Assembly (NCBI GenBank): GCA_965217585.1
Contig: OZ244561.1
Coordinates: 64,001 to 128,000, forward strand
Direction: 5' to 3'
DNA: 64,000 bases
Source: Candidatus Latescibacterota bacterium
Lineage (GTDB): Bacteria; Latescibacterota; UBA2968; UBA8231
Shown: positions 38,134-47,322 of the stretch, piece after piece
Numbering within the stretch: position 1 is the first letter of the stretch
Layout of the letters: every line of letters starts with the position of its first letter
The notes under the pieces: generated by a model
Database searches by the model: none
Seen by the model: the letters and a program-made list of their open reading frames with translations, nothing else
What the model was told of the DNA's origin: nothing
Translations under genes and position numbers: made by a program

Positions 38134-38147
38134 CCCTGTCAACATTA

Positions 38148-39113
38148 CTAACCTCCGACTCGCCCGCCATACAGATCCCGCACCCGGCTCACTACCACAG
38201 CCAACAGGATAATCGACCCCAAAAACGCCTGCTCGTAATAGACGTTGGCCTCCAGCATCACCAAGCCGTTCTTGATGAGGACGATGATGACCGCCCCCAG
38301 TAAAAGGCCCAGCGCCGAGATGCGCCCTCCGGCCAGCCCAGTCCCGCCGACAATAGCCACCGCAAAGCTAGTGATCAGCCAGTCCTTACCCGTCGCCGGT
38401 TGCGCCGAGCCCATCCGCGAGACCCACAACACCGCGGCCAGCGCACCCACTCCGCCCGACAGCACGTGCGACAGCAAAATCATCCGGTCGGTATTGATCC
38501 CCGCCAGCCGCGCCGCCTCCTGATTCCCCCCGGTCGCCAACAACCGCCGCCCAAAGACCGTATGCCGGAATGCGTAGTGCGTCGCCAGCAGCACCAGCCC
38601 CATCGCCCAGAACAAATTCGACAGTCCCAAAAACTTCTGTCGTCCCAAGAAAGTGAATTCCCGAGGGATGTCCGTGTAGGCGTAGCCTTCGGAAAACCCA
38701 TGCACCAGCCCTGTAAAGACAAAAAGCGTCGCCAGCGTGGCGATAAAGGAATTGATCTGCAACCGCGTGATGATGACCCCATTGACCCACCCGGCCACGC
38801 CGCCAATCCCCAGCGCCACCAGCGCCGCTAACCACCCCGGCAAACCCAACACCTGGATACAGTACCCAGTGGTGATGGTCGCCAAGCCGCCGACGGCTCC
38901 CACGGATAGATTCATCCCCCCAGCAACCAGCACCACCGCCTGAGCCAGCGCCACCAACACCGAAAACGCGACGATCCGGGAGATATTGAAGAGGTTGTAC
39001 GCCGACAGAAAGCTCTCCGAGCTGAGCGCACATCCCACAAACAGCAACCCCGCCGACAAGGCAATTCCGGCATCGTTGTGCCGCATGAGTTTGCGTAAGC
39101 GTTCCATAGTCAA
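38148..39113 (-). CDS. Sugar ABC transporter permease (RbsC family)
   Basis: GGMNLSVGA, SFIATL, GGNQEAARLAGI and VGGTGLAGG. Confidence 0.92.
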   Translation of the reverse strand: MTMERLRKLMRHNDAGIALSAGLLFVGCALSSESFLSAYNLFNISRIVAFSVLVALAQAVVLVAGGMNLSVGAVGGLATITTGYCIQVLGLPGWLAALVALGIGGVAGWVNGVIITRLQINSFIATLATLFVFTGLVHGFSEGYAYTDIPREFTFLGRQKFLGLSNLFWAMGLVLLATHYAFRHTVFGRRLLATGGNQEAARLAGINTDRMILLSHVLSGGVGALAAVLWVSRMGSAQPATGKDWLITSFAVAIVGGTGLAGGRISALGLLLGAVIIVLIKNGLVMLEANVYYEQAFLGSIILLAVVVSRVRDLYGGRVGG

Positions 39114-40618
39114 TTCAGATGAAGGCCGATACGACGGCTTATCTCGTCGTAGCTCAACCCCCGCTCGTGGATCTCGGCGATCTCGTGGACGATCTGCTTG
39201 TCCTTAAAGACGAGTATCCGCCCCGCCAAGCTGATGATCTCCGGCATGTCCGACGAGATCAAAATGATGGCCTTGCCTTCTTTGGCCGCCAAGTCCCACA
39301 GCAAGTGGTGGATCTGCGCCTTGGCTTGGATATCCACCCCGACGGTCGGCTCATCGACGATCAGGATATCGCACTCGGCCGCCAGCCACTTGCCCAAGCT
39401 AACTTTCTGCTGATTGCCGCCGCTGAGGTTGGCTACCTCCTGCTCCAAACCCGTCGTGCGGATATCCAGCGCCACAACCAACTCCTGCGCGGCTTTAGTC
39501 TCCGCCCGGTCGTCAATCCGGCGGGTGAACTTGCCGACGATCCGCTCCCATATCGTAATGCCGAGATTGGTCCGCACGGCTGAGTCCAGCAGCAGGCCCT
39601 CTTCTTTGCGGTTTTCGGTTACGTAGCCCATGCTGTATTTGTCCAGGCTGTCGGCGACCGAGCCGATCCGCGCTTTGGCTCCGTTGATATAGACGGCCCC
39701 GCGCTCGGCCTGCTCGACCCCCACCAGCAGCCGCGCCAGCTCGGTGCGCCCGGCCCCCACCAAGCCATACAAACCCAAAATCTCGCCAGCGTAGAGCGAA
39801 AAACTCACTTCGTGCGCCCGGTCCGGTGCGTACAGCCCCTCGACCCTGAGCACCTCCCGCGCCCGATCCACTGCTGGCATACCAAACGAAGTCGTCTCCG
39901 CACGCCGGCCGATCATCATCTCAATAAGCTCGGCGCGCGGCAATCCGGCCAACTCCCTCGTGCCCACGTGCCGCCCGTCCCGCAACACGCTGACTTGGTC
40001 GGCGATCTGATAGACCTCGTCGAACTTGTGCGAGACAAAGACGATGGCCACGCCCGCCTCCTGCAACTGGCGCAAAATGCCAAAGAGCCGGGCCGCTTCG
40101 TGCTCGGTGAGCGACGACGTCGGCTCGTCTAATAGCAGGACTTGCGCCTCGGCCGACAGCACCCGGGCGATCTGCACGAGCTGCTTGTGCGCCGCGCTTA
40201 AATCGCCAATGGGAGCTTGCGGGTCAACGTCCAGCCCGATCCGCGCCATCGCAGCCCGTGCTTGGTCGTCGAGCCGTGGCCAGTCGAGGTGGCCCCACCG
40301 GCTGAAGGCGTCGAGCTTGTCGAGCATGATGTTCTCGGCGACGCTGGCCTCAGCCACCACTTGGATCTCCTGGTGGACGAGACCAATGCCGCGGTCGAGG
40401 CAGTCGCGACAGTTGCGCACGCGCAGCGGCGCGCCGTCGAAGAGCATCCGTCCGGCGTCGGGCTGGTATATTCCGGTGACAATTTTGAGCAGGGTGCTCT
40501 TGCCAGCGCCGTTTTCGCCGACCAAGGCGTGGATCTGGCCCGGCTGGAACGAGAGCGACACGTCGTCCAGTGCCCGGACGCCGGGGAAGCGCTTGCTGAT
40601 CGATTGTAGTTCGAGCAC
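39110..40618 (-). CDS. Sugar ABC transporter ATP-binding protein (RbsA family)
   Basis: GENGAGKST, LLLDEPT and LSGGNQQKV; two ATPase halves. Confidence 0.95.
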   Translation of the reverse strand: MLELQSISKRFPGVRALDDVSLSFQPGQIHALVGENGAGKSTLLKIVTGIYQPDAGRMLFDGAPLRVRNCRDCLDRGIGLVHQEIQVVAEASVAENIMLDKLDAFSRWGHLDWPRLDDQARAAMARIGLDVDPQAPIGDLSAAHKQLVQIARVLSAEAQVLLLDEPTSSLTEHEAARLFGILRQLQEAGVAIVFVSHKFDEVYQIADQVSVLRDGRHVGTRELAGLPRAELIEMMIGRRAETTSFGMPAVDRAREVLRVEGLYAPDRAHEVSFSLYAGEILGLYGLVGAGRTELARLLVGVEQAERGAVYINGAKARIGSVADSLDKYSMGYVTENRKEEGLLLDSAVRTNLGITIWERIVGKFTRRIDDRAETKAAQELVVALDIRTTGLEQEVANLSGGNQQKVSLGKWLAAECDILIVDEPTVGVDIQAKAQIHHLLWDLAAKEGKAIILISSDMPEIISLAGRILVFKDKQIVHEIAEIHERGLSYDEISRRIGLHLN

Positions 40619-40621
40619 GGA

Positions 40622-41635
40622 TCAGCGGCGCGGACTGAGGTATTTGGTCTCTAACTCGCCCATAATCCGCGCGGTGATGGCCATGATTTCGTCCTCAAAG
40701 GTATCGACGTTGTCCTTGGTCACCAGCACCGTGCCCGAGTTGACGAAGTACTGGTCGGGATTGGCCTGCCAGCCGTCGAGCAGATAGCTCAACAGCGCGC
40801 ACGTGATGTAACCGTGGCCGTAGGGGTTTTGCGAGATAGTCGCGTCGATGGCCCCCTGGCCGATCGCGTCGAGCACCACCGGGTCCGTGTCGATGCCGAC
40901 GAAGTGGATGCGCTTGTTATCCGGGGTCTGGTTCCACTCCGACAGAATGGTCGCCGCGGCCACGGTCGGCGTGTACCCCGTGCAAATCACGCCGTCGATC
41001 TCCTCGATCCGCGCCGAGAGCGCGTCCTGGATCTTGGCGGTGCTGGTCTCAATCGACTCCATACCGGCGACTTCTTGGACGATCTGGACCTCCGAGTATT
41101 TGGCCACCGCCGCCTCGACGCCTTCTTTGCGCAGGATAGTGTTGGGGTCTTCGACCAGTTCGAGCACGTTGAGGATGTTGCCCTTGCCGCCCATAAAGCC
41201 GATCAGCGCCTCGGTGGCCTCCATCGCCGCCTGTTTGACATCGGTCGCCACGCAAAACGAAGCGAGCGTCGGCAGCATCGTCGGCGCTCCATAGCTGACG
41301 ACATAGGCCCCGTTTTGCACCAATTCCTCGTACAGTCCGTTGGCGGCGCTGGCGTCGGCTGGGTAGAGCGAGAAGGCTTTGTAGCCTTGGGCGGCCAGCG
41401 GTTCGACGTTGGCGTTTTCGTTGTCCTGGGTCCAGTTTTGGCCGATCTGGCGCTTGATCTTAGTGCCGGTGTCGCGCTCATAGCCGATCACCCCTTTTTG
41501 TACCTCTTCGACATAGGGATGCACCATCAGGGCATACCAGACGATTTTTTTCTCCGTGGGCTTGTCGCCCGATTCGCCGGACCCGCCACACCCGGCGGCA
41601 ACGAGTGCGGCAGCACAAATTAGTAGCAAACGCAT
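40622..41635 (-). CDS. Sugar ABC transporter substrate-binding lipoprotein (RbsB family)
   Basis: Lipobox AAGC; periplasmic binding protein motifs VGID and TISQNPYGHG. ATG at 41635. Confidence 0.88.
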   Translation of the reverse strand: MRLLLICAAALVAAGCGGSGESGDKPTEKKIVWYALMVHPYVEEVQKGVIGYERDTGTKIKRQIGQNWTQDNENANVEPLAAQGYKAFSLYPADASAANGLYEELVQNGAYVVSYGAPTMLPTLASFCVATDVKQAAMEATEALIGFMGGKGNILNVLELVEDPNTILRKEGVEAAVAKYSEVQIVQEVAGMESIETSTAKIQDALSARIEEIDGVICTGYTPTVAAATILSEWNQTPDNKRIHFVGIDTDPVVLDAIGQGAIDATISQNPYGHGYITCALLSYLLDGWQANPDQYFVNSGTVLVTKDNVDTFEDEIMAITARIMGELETKYLSPRR

Positions 41636-41739
41636 GTAGGGTGTCTCCTTTCCGGTTTTGCAATATAACCATCCCTGCGCCCCTTGAGCCAATCCCCGCT
41701 TTGGCCTACTTTGCCGCCCAACCCAAAAGGAGCCTTATC

Positions 41740-42624
41740 ATGTATCTGATTGCGACTGTTGGCGTTTTGTTGCTGGCCCTGCCCGCCCTCGCCCACTATC
41801 CCGAAGACACCACCTTCAAGGTCTTCCAGTTTCCCGACGATCACGTCCCACAGATGGACGGCGATGCCGCCGACTGGACCAAGGTGCCCACCGAGTACTT
41901 CTACGACTATACCCAATACGCGGAACTGCACCGCGAGCGCGGCGCGCCCGACACCACGGATTTCCACGTGCGCCGCTCGGCCGTCGGCTGGAACAAAACC
42001 CACAACCGCCTGTATTTCATGGCCGAGGTGTACGACGATATCTGGCGCTTCCACAAGGACATCACCGACTCGCTCGACACCCCCCACAGCCGCCTGACCG
42101 GTGCCCACGTCCACGGCGCGGACATCTGGGAAATCGTCATTGACGCCGACCACGGCGGCGATAAGGTCATCCACTTCGCCGATCAAACAGAAGCCCCCCA
42201 CGTGGAATTGCGCCACCGCAGCGCCTATACCCAAAACTACCACCTCTACATCCCGCCGCTCAACGGCCAGTACTGGCATTGGCTATGGGGCAAGGCCCTG
42301 TGGACCAAAGAGGAACGCTATTCGGCTGTGGGATGGCAGGGCGCGGTCGAGCACCTGTCTTCGGGCACTGTCATCTACGAATGCTATCTAACGCCCTTCG
42401 ACGACCTGCACCCGGAAGGACCGCATCTGAGCCGCCGCCACTCGCTGCAAGAAGGCGCGATCATCGGCCTCGGCTGGTCCTTCCTCGACGCGGACACCAA
42501 AGAAGACACCTTTGACGCCTTTTGGGCGCTGACACAACACCCGAAAATGTACTGTAGCGGAGAATTTATCGGCGATTTTGAGCTTATGCCGATTGAGGAG
42601 GGGTTGTTTGGAGGGAGCGAATAA
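41740..42624 (+). CDS. Secreted CBM9/DOMON-like protein
   Basis: Signal peptide; FQFP..PQMDGD..DW, VGWN..NRLYF and EIVIDADHGG. Paralog of 49362-50324. Confidence 0.6.
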   Translation: MYLIATVGVLLLALPALAHYPEDTTFKVFQFPDDHVPQMDGDAADWTKVPTEYFYDYTQYAELHRERGAPDTTDFHVRRSAVGWNKTHNRLYFMAEVYDDIWRFHKDITDSLDTPHSRLTGAHVHGADIWEIVIDADHGGDKVIHFADQTEAPHVELRHRSAYTQNYHLYIPPLNGQYWHWLWGKALWTKEERYSAVGWQGAVEHLSSGTVIYECYLTPFDDLHPEGPHLSRRHSLQEGAIIGLGWSFLDADTKEDTFDAFWALTQHPKMYCSGEFIGDFELMPIEEGLFGGSE

Positions 42625-42735
42625 GGCCCGTCAGCTTTGGCCGCTTACGCCACGAAATCGGCAGATACGCTCAGGTGATGGCAGTCGGCAATAGTTGCAA
42701 AGCGAAAACCTGCGGCAACACTTTACCGCCCGTGC

Positions 42736-45312
42736 TCAGTACGCCACCGACACCGCCCTGAGCACATGCGAGTCTTTGACCTGGGCTCCCTCGGTATCGG
42801 TATCCACGCTCAACTGCACCAAATACAGACCTGGCGACACCACGCGCCCGCCGTCGTCCCGGCCATCCCACTCGACCTCATAGGGACCGGTGCTAAACGG
42901 GCGCTCTTGCACGAGACGCCGTACTTGGCGGCCTCCCAAGTCGTAGATCGCCGCGACCACCGGGCTATCGTCACCGACCCGCACGACGTTGAAGGCAAAG
43001 ACCGTGCGGTCGTTGATCCCATCGCCATTGGGCGAAAAGGCAGCCGGCTGCACGGCCACATCCGTGAGCAGAGCGTTGTGCTCCACAGCGGCGACAATGG
43101 TCGTGGTATTGCCGATGACCTGCGTTAGGGCCTCCCCTGGGTCGATCCGCTGCCAAGCACCGCCGCCGTCTGCGCTGCTATTGCGCAGGGCCGCCTGTAA
43201 CACCGCGCCGGTGACAAAAAGCGCCGTCTCAAAATCTAGCCTCAGCACTTCCGTGGGTCCATTGGACTGTATCGCATCAAAGCGCACGTGCAGCGAGTCT
43301 CGGCCCGTAGGGATGACCTCGACCCCGGTCAGCGCGCTTGGGCCCGTCTCGCCGTCGAAGTCCGCCACCCGACCGCCGTAAAGGCCCACCATATCCAGTT
43401 CCATATTCGATGGCGCGAACAACAACAGCTCGTCAAAACCCGGATCGCGGCGGTCGAACTGCGGCCGCACGTACAGCGAGAAGGGCCGTTGCACCCCGAG
43501 TTCGTCCACCTCGAACGGGCCGATCTCTCCCAGCAGACGCTGCGCCACGGGATTGGCGAAGTTGAGATGGACCGAGCTCAGCGTTGGGCTTACCTCCGGG
43601 TCTTCCGACAGCAAAATCGCCTGCACCGTCAGGAACTCCCGCGGCGACGGCGAGATAATCGGGCTGCCCGCCGGATCCTCGTAGGGCGCACTCCAATTGC
43701 TCCAATCGCTGCCGGGCACCTGCTCGGCGACGGTGTCGCCCCGGAATAGCGACAGCATCTTGTTGTACTCGCTTTCGGTCACCTCCGTGCCATCTTTTTT
43801 GAAATAGTGCAGTATCTCACCCAATTCATTGCCCGTGCGAGTCTGAATCAGCACTTGGGTGCCGGGGGGGGTATCGGCGTCCCACTCAATCGACAATAGG
43901 TTGCGGCTGCCGCCCAAGCGAATCAGGTCCGACCGCAGCGAGACTTCCGGCTGGAAGCCTTCGCCGTAGAACTGCAACTCGGATATATCGGCTGTGCGGG
44001 CACCGATGGCATTCAAGGTCCACTGAAAGCGGCCAAACCGCGCCTTGATCGGCTCGAACGCCTCGCCTTCAAATCGCGAGCTAGGGCGCGAACCTAGCGA
44101 CGCCTTGGTGGTCCACTGGAGACTGCCGTCCGGCGCGAGGGTGCCGTCGGAAAAATCCATCCGATAGCTAGGAAACAAACCGCCATTGTAAATCAGGCGG
44201 AAGGTATCGACCCAATAAAAGGAGCCCAAATCGAAGACCAACTCCAACTCGGGATCGGCCACCGCCGTGGAGACCCCGTAAAAGATGCGATTGAAGGTCG
44301 CCAAGTCGCCATCGATAAACTTGGTCAGGGCCAGCGGCTGCTTCGCATTGGTGGAGATAACGCCACCGCGAGCGAGGATGCCGGCGGTTAGCTCGTCCCC
44401 TTCATTCCATACTTCTAGCTCGGCCAAGCGAGGCAATTCCCGGCGAAAGTAGCGGATGCTGCCCCGGCGTTCTTCGTCCAATATGTCGTACAGGTCTTGG
44501 TCAACGGGCACCTCGCGACCATCGGGCTGGCGCTTGAAGTACTGGATCGCGCCACGCGTCTCTTCACTGAGGGTTTCGTATTCATCGGCAGCGACTTCCG
44601 TGCCGAGCAGCCCGTCGGTATCCGTGACTAAAATTTGCACAAAGCGCACGGCCGCGGCCTGCACGGCGAGCTGTTCGTTCGTCAGATCGACAGTAAAGAT
44701 CCGCTGGCTCTTGTTTTTTTTCAAGGTCCGCAACACGGTCTTAAAGGCCGGGTTTTCGCTGTTTTGCAAGCGCGCCGGCTTCAGCCCGTCGGAGATGAGC
44801 ACCTCGAAAAGGAGAAAGGGATCGCCCATGCCCTCCTCGACAAAGCGCACCACGAGTTCTTTGGCAAAAACCACGCGGCCCAAGTCGATCACAAACCACC
44901 ACTGCGAAGCCAAGTCTCTGTCGGCCGAAGGCGGATCGGGCTGCCAATAAGTGGTGATGTCGCCGTCGAGCAGGTTGACCACATCGGCGACATTGGAGCC
45001 GCCCTTGACGGCATCGGCGAGGACAATCTCTTCGGGCTCTTTGTCGCCGAGGGACGCCGGCGGATTAAAGCGCAAATAATCGACAATGTCGAACACTGCA
45101 TTGGTATTTTTCTCAATGCGCCGAGCGCGCACTTCTCCGTCCGGAGAAATCGTCAAGGTCCCCGGGGCGGATTCCCAGTTCTGCCAATGGTTGCGGCCAT
45201 TGATCACGACCTGATTGCCGCGGACCCGATGGCCAGCCCGCTGGGCGCACACGGCGGTCCCAGCCAGTGCGATAGCTAGCCCAATGAAAAAGACGCGTCC
45301 GAAGATAGTCAT
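42736..45312 (-). CDS. Secreted protein with discoidin-like domains and a C-terminal FlgD-Ig/CHU_C-type domain
   Basis: Signal peptide; two (L/F)xDGD..DLG modules; FSPNGDGIND..IYDLGGR..WDGRD..PGLY; ends in VAY. Confidence 0.75.
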   Translation of the reverse strand: MTIFGRVFFIGLAIALAGTAVCAQRAGHRVRGNQVVINGRNHWQNWESAPGTLTISPDGEVRARRIEKNTNAVFDIVDYLRFNPPASLGDKEPEEIVLADAVKGGSNVADVVNLLDGDITTYWQPDPPSADRDLASQWWFVIDLGRVVFAKELVVRFVEEGMGDPFLLFEVLISDGLKPARLQNSENPAFKTVLRTLKKNKSQRIFTVDLTNEQLAVQAAAVRFVQILVTDTDGLLGTEVAADEYETLSEETRGAIQYFKRQPDGREVPVDQDLYDILDEERRGSIRYFRRELPRLAELEVWNEGDELTAGILARGGVISTNAKQPLALTKFIDGDLATFNRIFYGVSTAVADPELELVFDLGSFYWVDTFRLIYNGGLFPSYRMDFSDGTLAPDGSLQWTTKASLGSRPSSRFEGEAFEPIKARFGRFQWTLNAIGARTADISELQFYGEGFQPEVSLRSDLIRLGGSRNLLSIEWDADTPPGTQVLIQTRTGNELGEILHYFKKDGTEVTESEYNKMLSLFRGDTVAEQVPGSDWSNWSAPYEDPAGSPIISPSPREFLTVQAILLSEDPEVSPTLSSVHLNFANPVAQRLLGEIGPFEVDELGVQRPFSLYVRPQFDRRDPGFDELLLFAPSNMELDMVGLYGGRVADFDGETGPSALTGVEVIPTGRDSLHVRFDAIQSNGPTEVLRLDFETALFVTGAVLQAALRNSSADGGGAWQRIDPGEALTQVIGNTTTIVAAVEHNALLTDVAVQPAAFSPNGDGINDRTVFAFNVVRVGDDSPVVAAIYDLGGRQVRRLVQERPFSTGPYEVEWDGRDDGGRVVSPGLYLVQLSVDTDTEGAQVKDSHVLRAVSVAY

Positions 45313-45394
45313 AGCGTTTCCCGTTGTGTTCTAAGGTGTTCTAACTCGTTTAGGGTACGGAAATTGCGCATCGAGATGGCTCCTAGTAGCGCGC

Positions 45395-47311
45395 TTAGTA
45401 AGCGAGCGAGATGACAGCTTGCCGGGAGGCTGGCCCCTTGTCGGTCTCGACGCTCACGCGCAGAATGTACAACCCCGGCGGCACCTGCTCTCCGCGCTCA
45501 TCCCGTCCGTCCCACGCCCCCACGTACCGGCCGCTGGACGTCCAATCCGCACTCACCACGCCCAACAGACGGCCCGACAAATCGTACACCGACGACTCCA
45601 CCTGCACCGGCCCCACCAAATTCAGCACATTGCACTCGATGCTCACCGCGTCGTTGATGCCGTCGCCGTTGGGGCTAAACACCGACGGCATCAGCGCCAA
45701 GTCGCCGATGGTCTGCACCCCTAAGCGGGTCAACCCCACGCTCAACCTGTTGCTCTCGGAGAGCACGTCCGCGTCCCCAGACTCTAGGCTTTGCGGCACC
45801 TCTTGAGGCTGCTCGCTGTTGGAGATCCGCCCGGAAAACACCGTGCCGAACTTAAAGATCGCGGTCTGGAAATCTACCTCGATCAGCTCCTCGGTGCGCT
45901 GCGCGTCAATCCTCGGTAGCTGCACCGCAAAACCGGTCTCGTCCAGCCGCACCACCTCAAAGGCCACCGGCTCGCCCGAAATCCGCACCTCATCCACACT
46001 CTGTGCCTGGACCGGCGTGTCAATGGCCAGCCGATCAAAGCCCAAATCGTCGCTGGCCAAGGCCGCCCGCAACTTGTAGGTGAAGGCCGTAACCTCACCC
46101 GGCGGCACGGCCGCAGGCGATATCTCGGCGACGGCTTGTTGCGCCACCGGTGGGACCGACACGGTAAACTGTACCCAATCCAACTGCCCACTGGTCTCTC
46201 GGCTCGACGAGAAGTCCGCACGCAACTGCACGTAGCGCTGAGGCCCATCCCCGACCATCTCCCCCTGCCCGGCTGCGAAGTCGTAGGCCGAACCCCAGAA
46301 CGCCCAATTCTCCGTGTCGTGGGTAATGCCGGCCTTCTCGCCGAGCGCCAGCTTATTGTACGACGCCAGCGTCAGGGGGCGGCCCTTGGCGTCAAAGCGG
46401 GTGCGCTCGCCGCCGCGAAAGGTGGTCCGCCAGTAGATATTCGGGTCCGCGTCCTGCCCGCTGCGCGTACTCAGGGCCACGCTGGCCTCCTCGTCCTCGC
46501 GCCCAGCCCACGTCAGTTCCCCCAAGCTCGCCAAGGCCCCTAAGTCGATCACATTGGACACGTAGTCCGCAAAGGGCGCAAAGCCATTGCCGTAGATTTC
46601 CAACTCCGCGATCTCCCAGATGCCGCGCGTATTTTCCGCCGCCGAGAAGAGCACCCGCCGCACGGGCTCCGCCGGCAGGGGCAGGTCGATGACGGCTTCG
46701 GTGTTTTCGGTTATATCGTAGATAATGTCGAAGTCCAGTTCGCTCCCCCTGCGCCCAATGCGGAACTCACGTGAACCATCTTTGAGGGGATCGCCGTCGT
46801 TGATACCGATCCTGAAGGTCTCTACAAAGCGGTCCGTCAGGTGTTTGGTGCGCGGGAAAAAGCGAATCCTCTCTAACAGTAGGGGCGCGCCAAAATCAAA
46901 GGTCAGGTACTTGTCCGGTGGCCCGTGCGAGGCAAAGTGACCGTCTCCGAGGTAAATGGTGCTCGGGTCTTGGTCGAACATGAAGAGATCGTCCGCCTGA
47001 GGCGGCCCCCAGCCAATCCACACCAAGTTCAGAATCTGGCCGCCTTGCTCTTCGATGACCGGCACGAGATTGACCGACGAATCGAACCGTTGGGGGCGCA
47101 CGAAATCTGGATCGAACACCAGCAACTCCTCGCGGCCGTGCTGCGCCGCGTCAATGTCGCTCCAGCCGATTTGCACGAATTCGTACGGAGTGTCCAACTC
47201 CGGAGGCGGCAGGCTCTCGCCGCCGATCCGATAGATCGTCAGCCCGCTCGCCGGACCGACCGCGCCGACCCACAGGACCGCCCATACACACGCCGTTAAA
47301 CGCCCAGCCAT
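45395..47311 (-). CDS. Secreted discoidin-like protein with a C-terminal FlgD-Ig/CHU_C-type domain
   Basis: AAGGAG before ATG 47311; signal peptide; FSPNGDGIND..YDLSGR..WDGRD..PPGLY; ends in LAY. Confidence 0.75.
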   Translation of the reverse strand: MAGRLTACVWAVLWVGAVGPASGLTIYRIGGESLPPPELDTPYEFVQIGWSDIDAAQHGREELLVFDPDFVRPQRFDSSVNLVPVIEEQGGQILNLVWIGWGPPQADDLFMFDQDPSTIYLGDGHFASHGPPDKYLTFDFGAPLLLERIRFFPRTKHLTDRFVETFRIGINDGDPLKDGSREFRIGRRGSELDFDIIYDITENTEAVIDLPLPAEPVRRVLFSAAENTRGIWEIAELEIYGNGFAPFADYVSNVIDLGALASLGELTWAGREDEEASVALSTRSGQDADPNIYWRTTFRGGERTRFDAKGRPLTLASYNKLALGEKAGITHDTENWAFWGSAYDFAAGQGEMVGDGPQRYVQLRADFSSSRETSGQLDWVQFTVSVPPVAQQAVAEISPAAVPPGEVTAFTYKLRAALASDDLGFDRLAIDTPVQAQSVDEVRISGEPVAFEVVRLDETGFAVQLPRIDAQRTEELIEVDFQTAIFKFGTVFSGRISNSEQPQEVPQSLESGDADVLSESNRLSVGLTRLGVQTIGDLALMPSVFSPNGDGINDAVSIECNVLNLVGPVQVESSVYDLSGRLLGVVSADWTSSGRYVGAWDGRDERGEQVPPGLYILRVSVETDKGPASRQAVISLAY

Positions 47312-47322
47312 ACTCGGCTCCT

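Noticed and set aside
31000-38200. Integron cassette array
   Set aside because: No integrase and no recurring attC-like inverted repeats were seen; genes are in mixed orientation.
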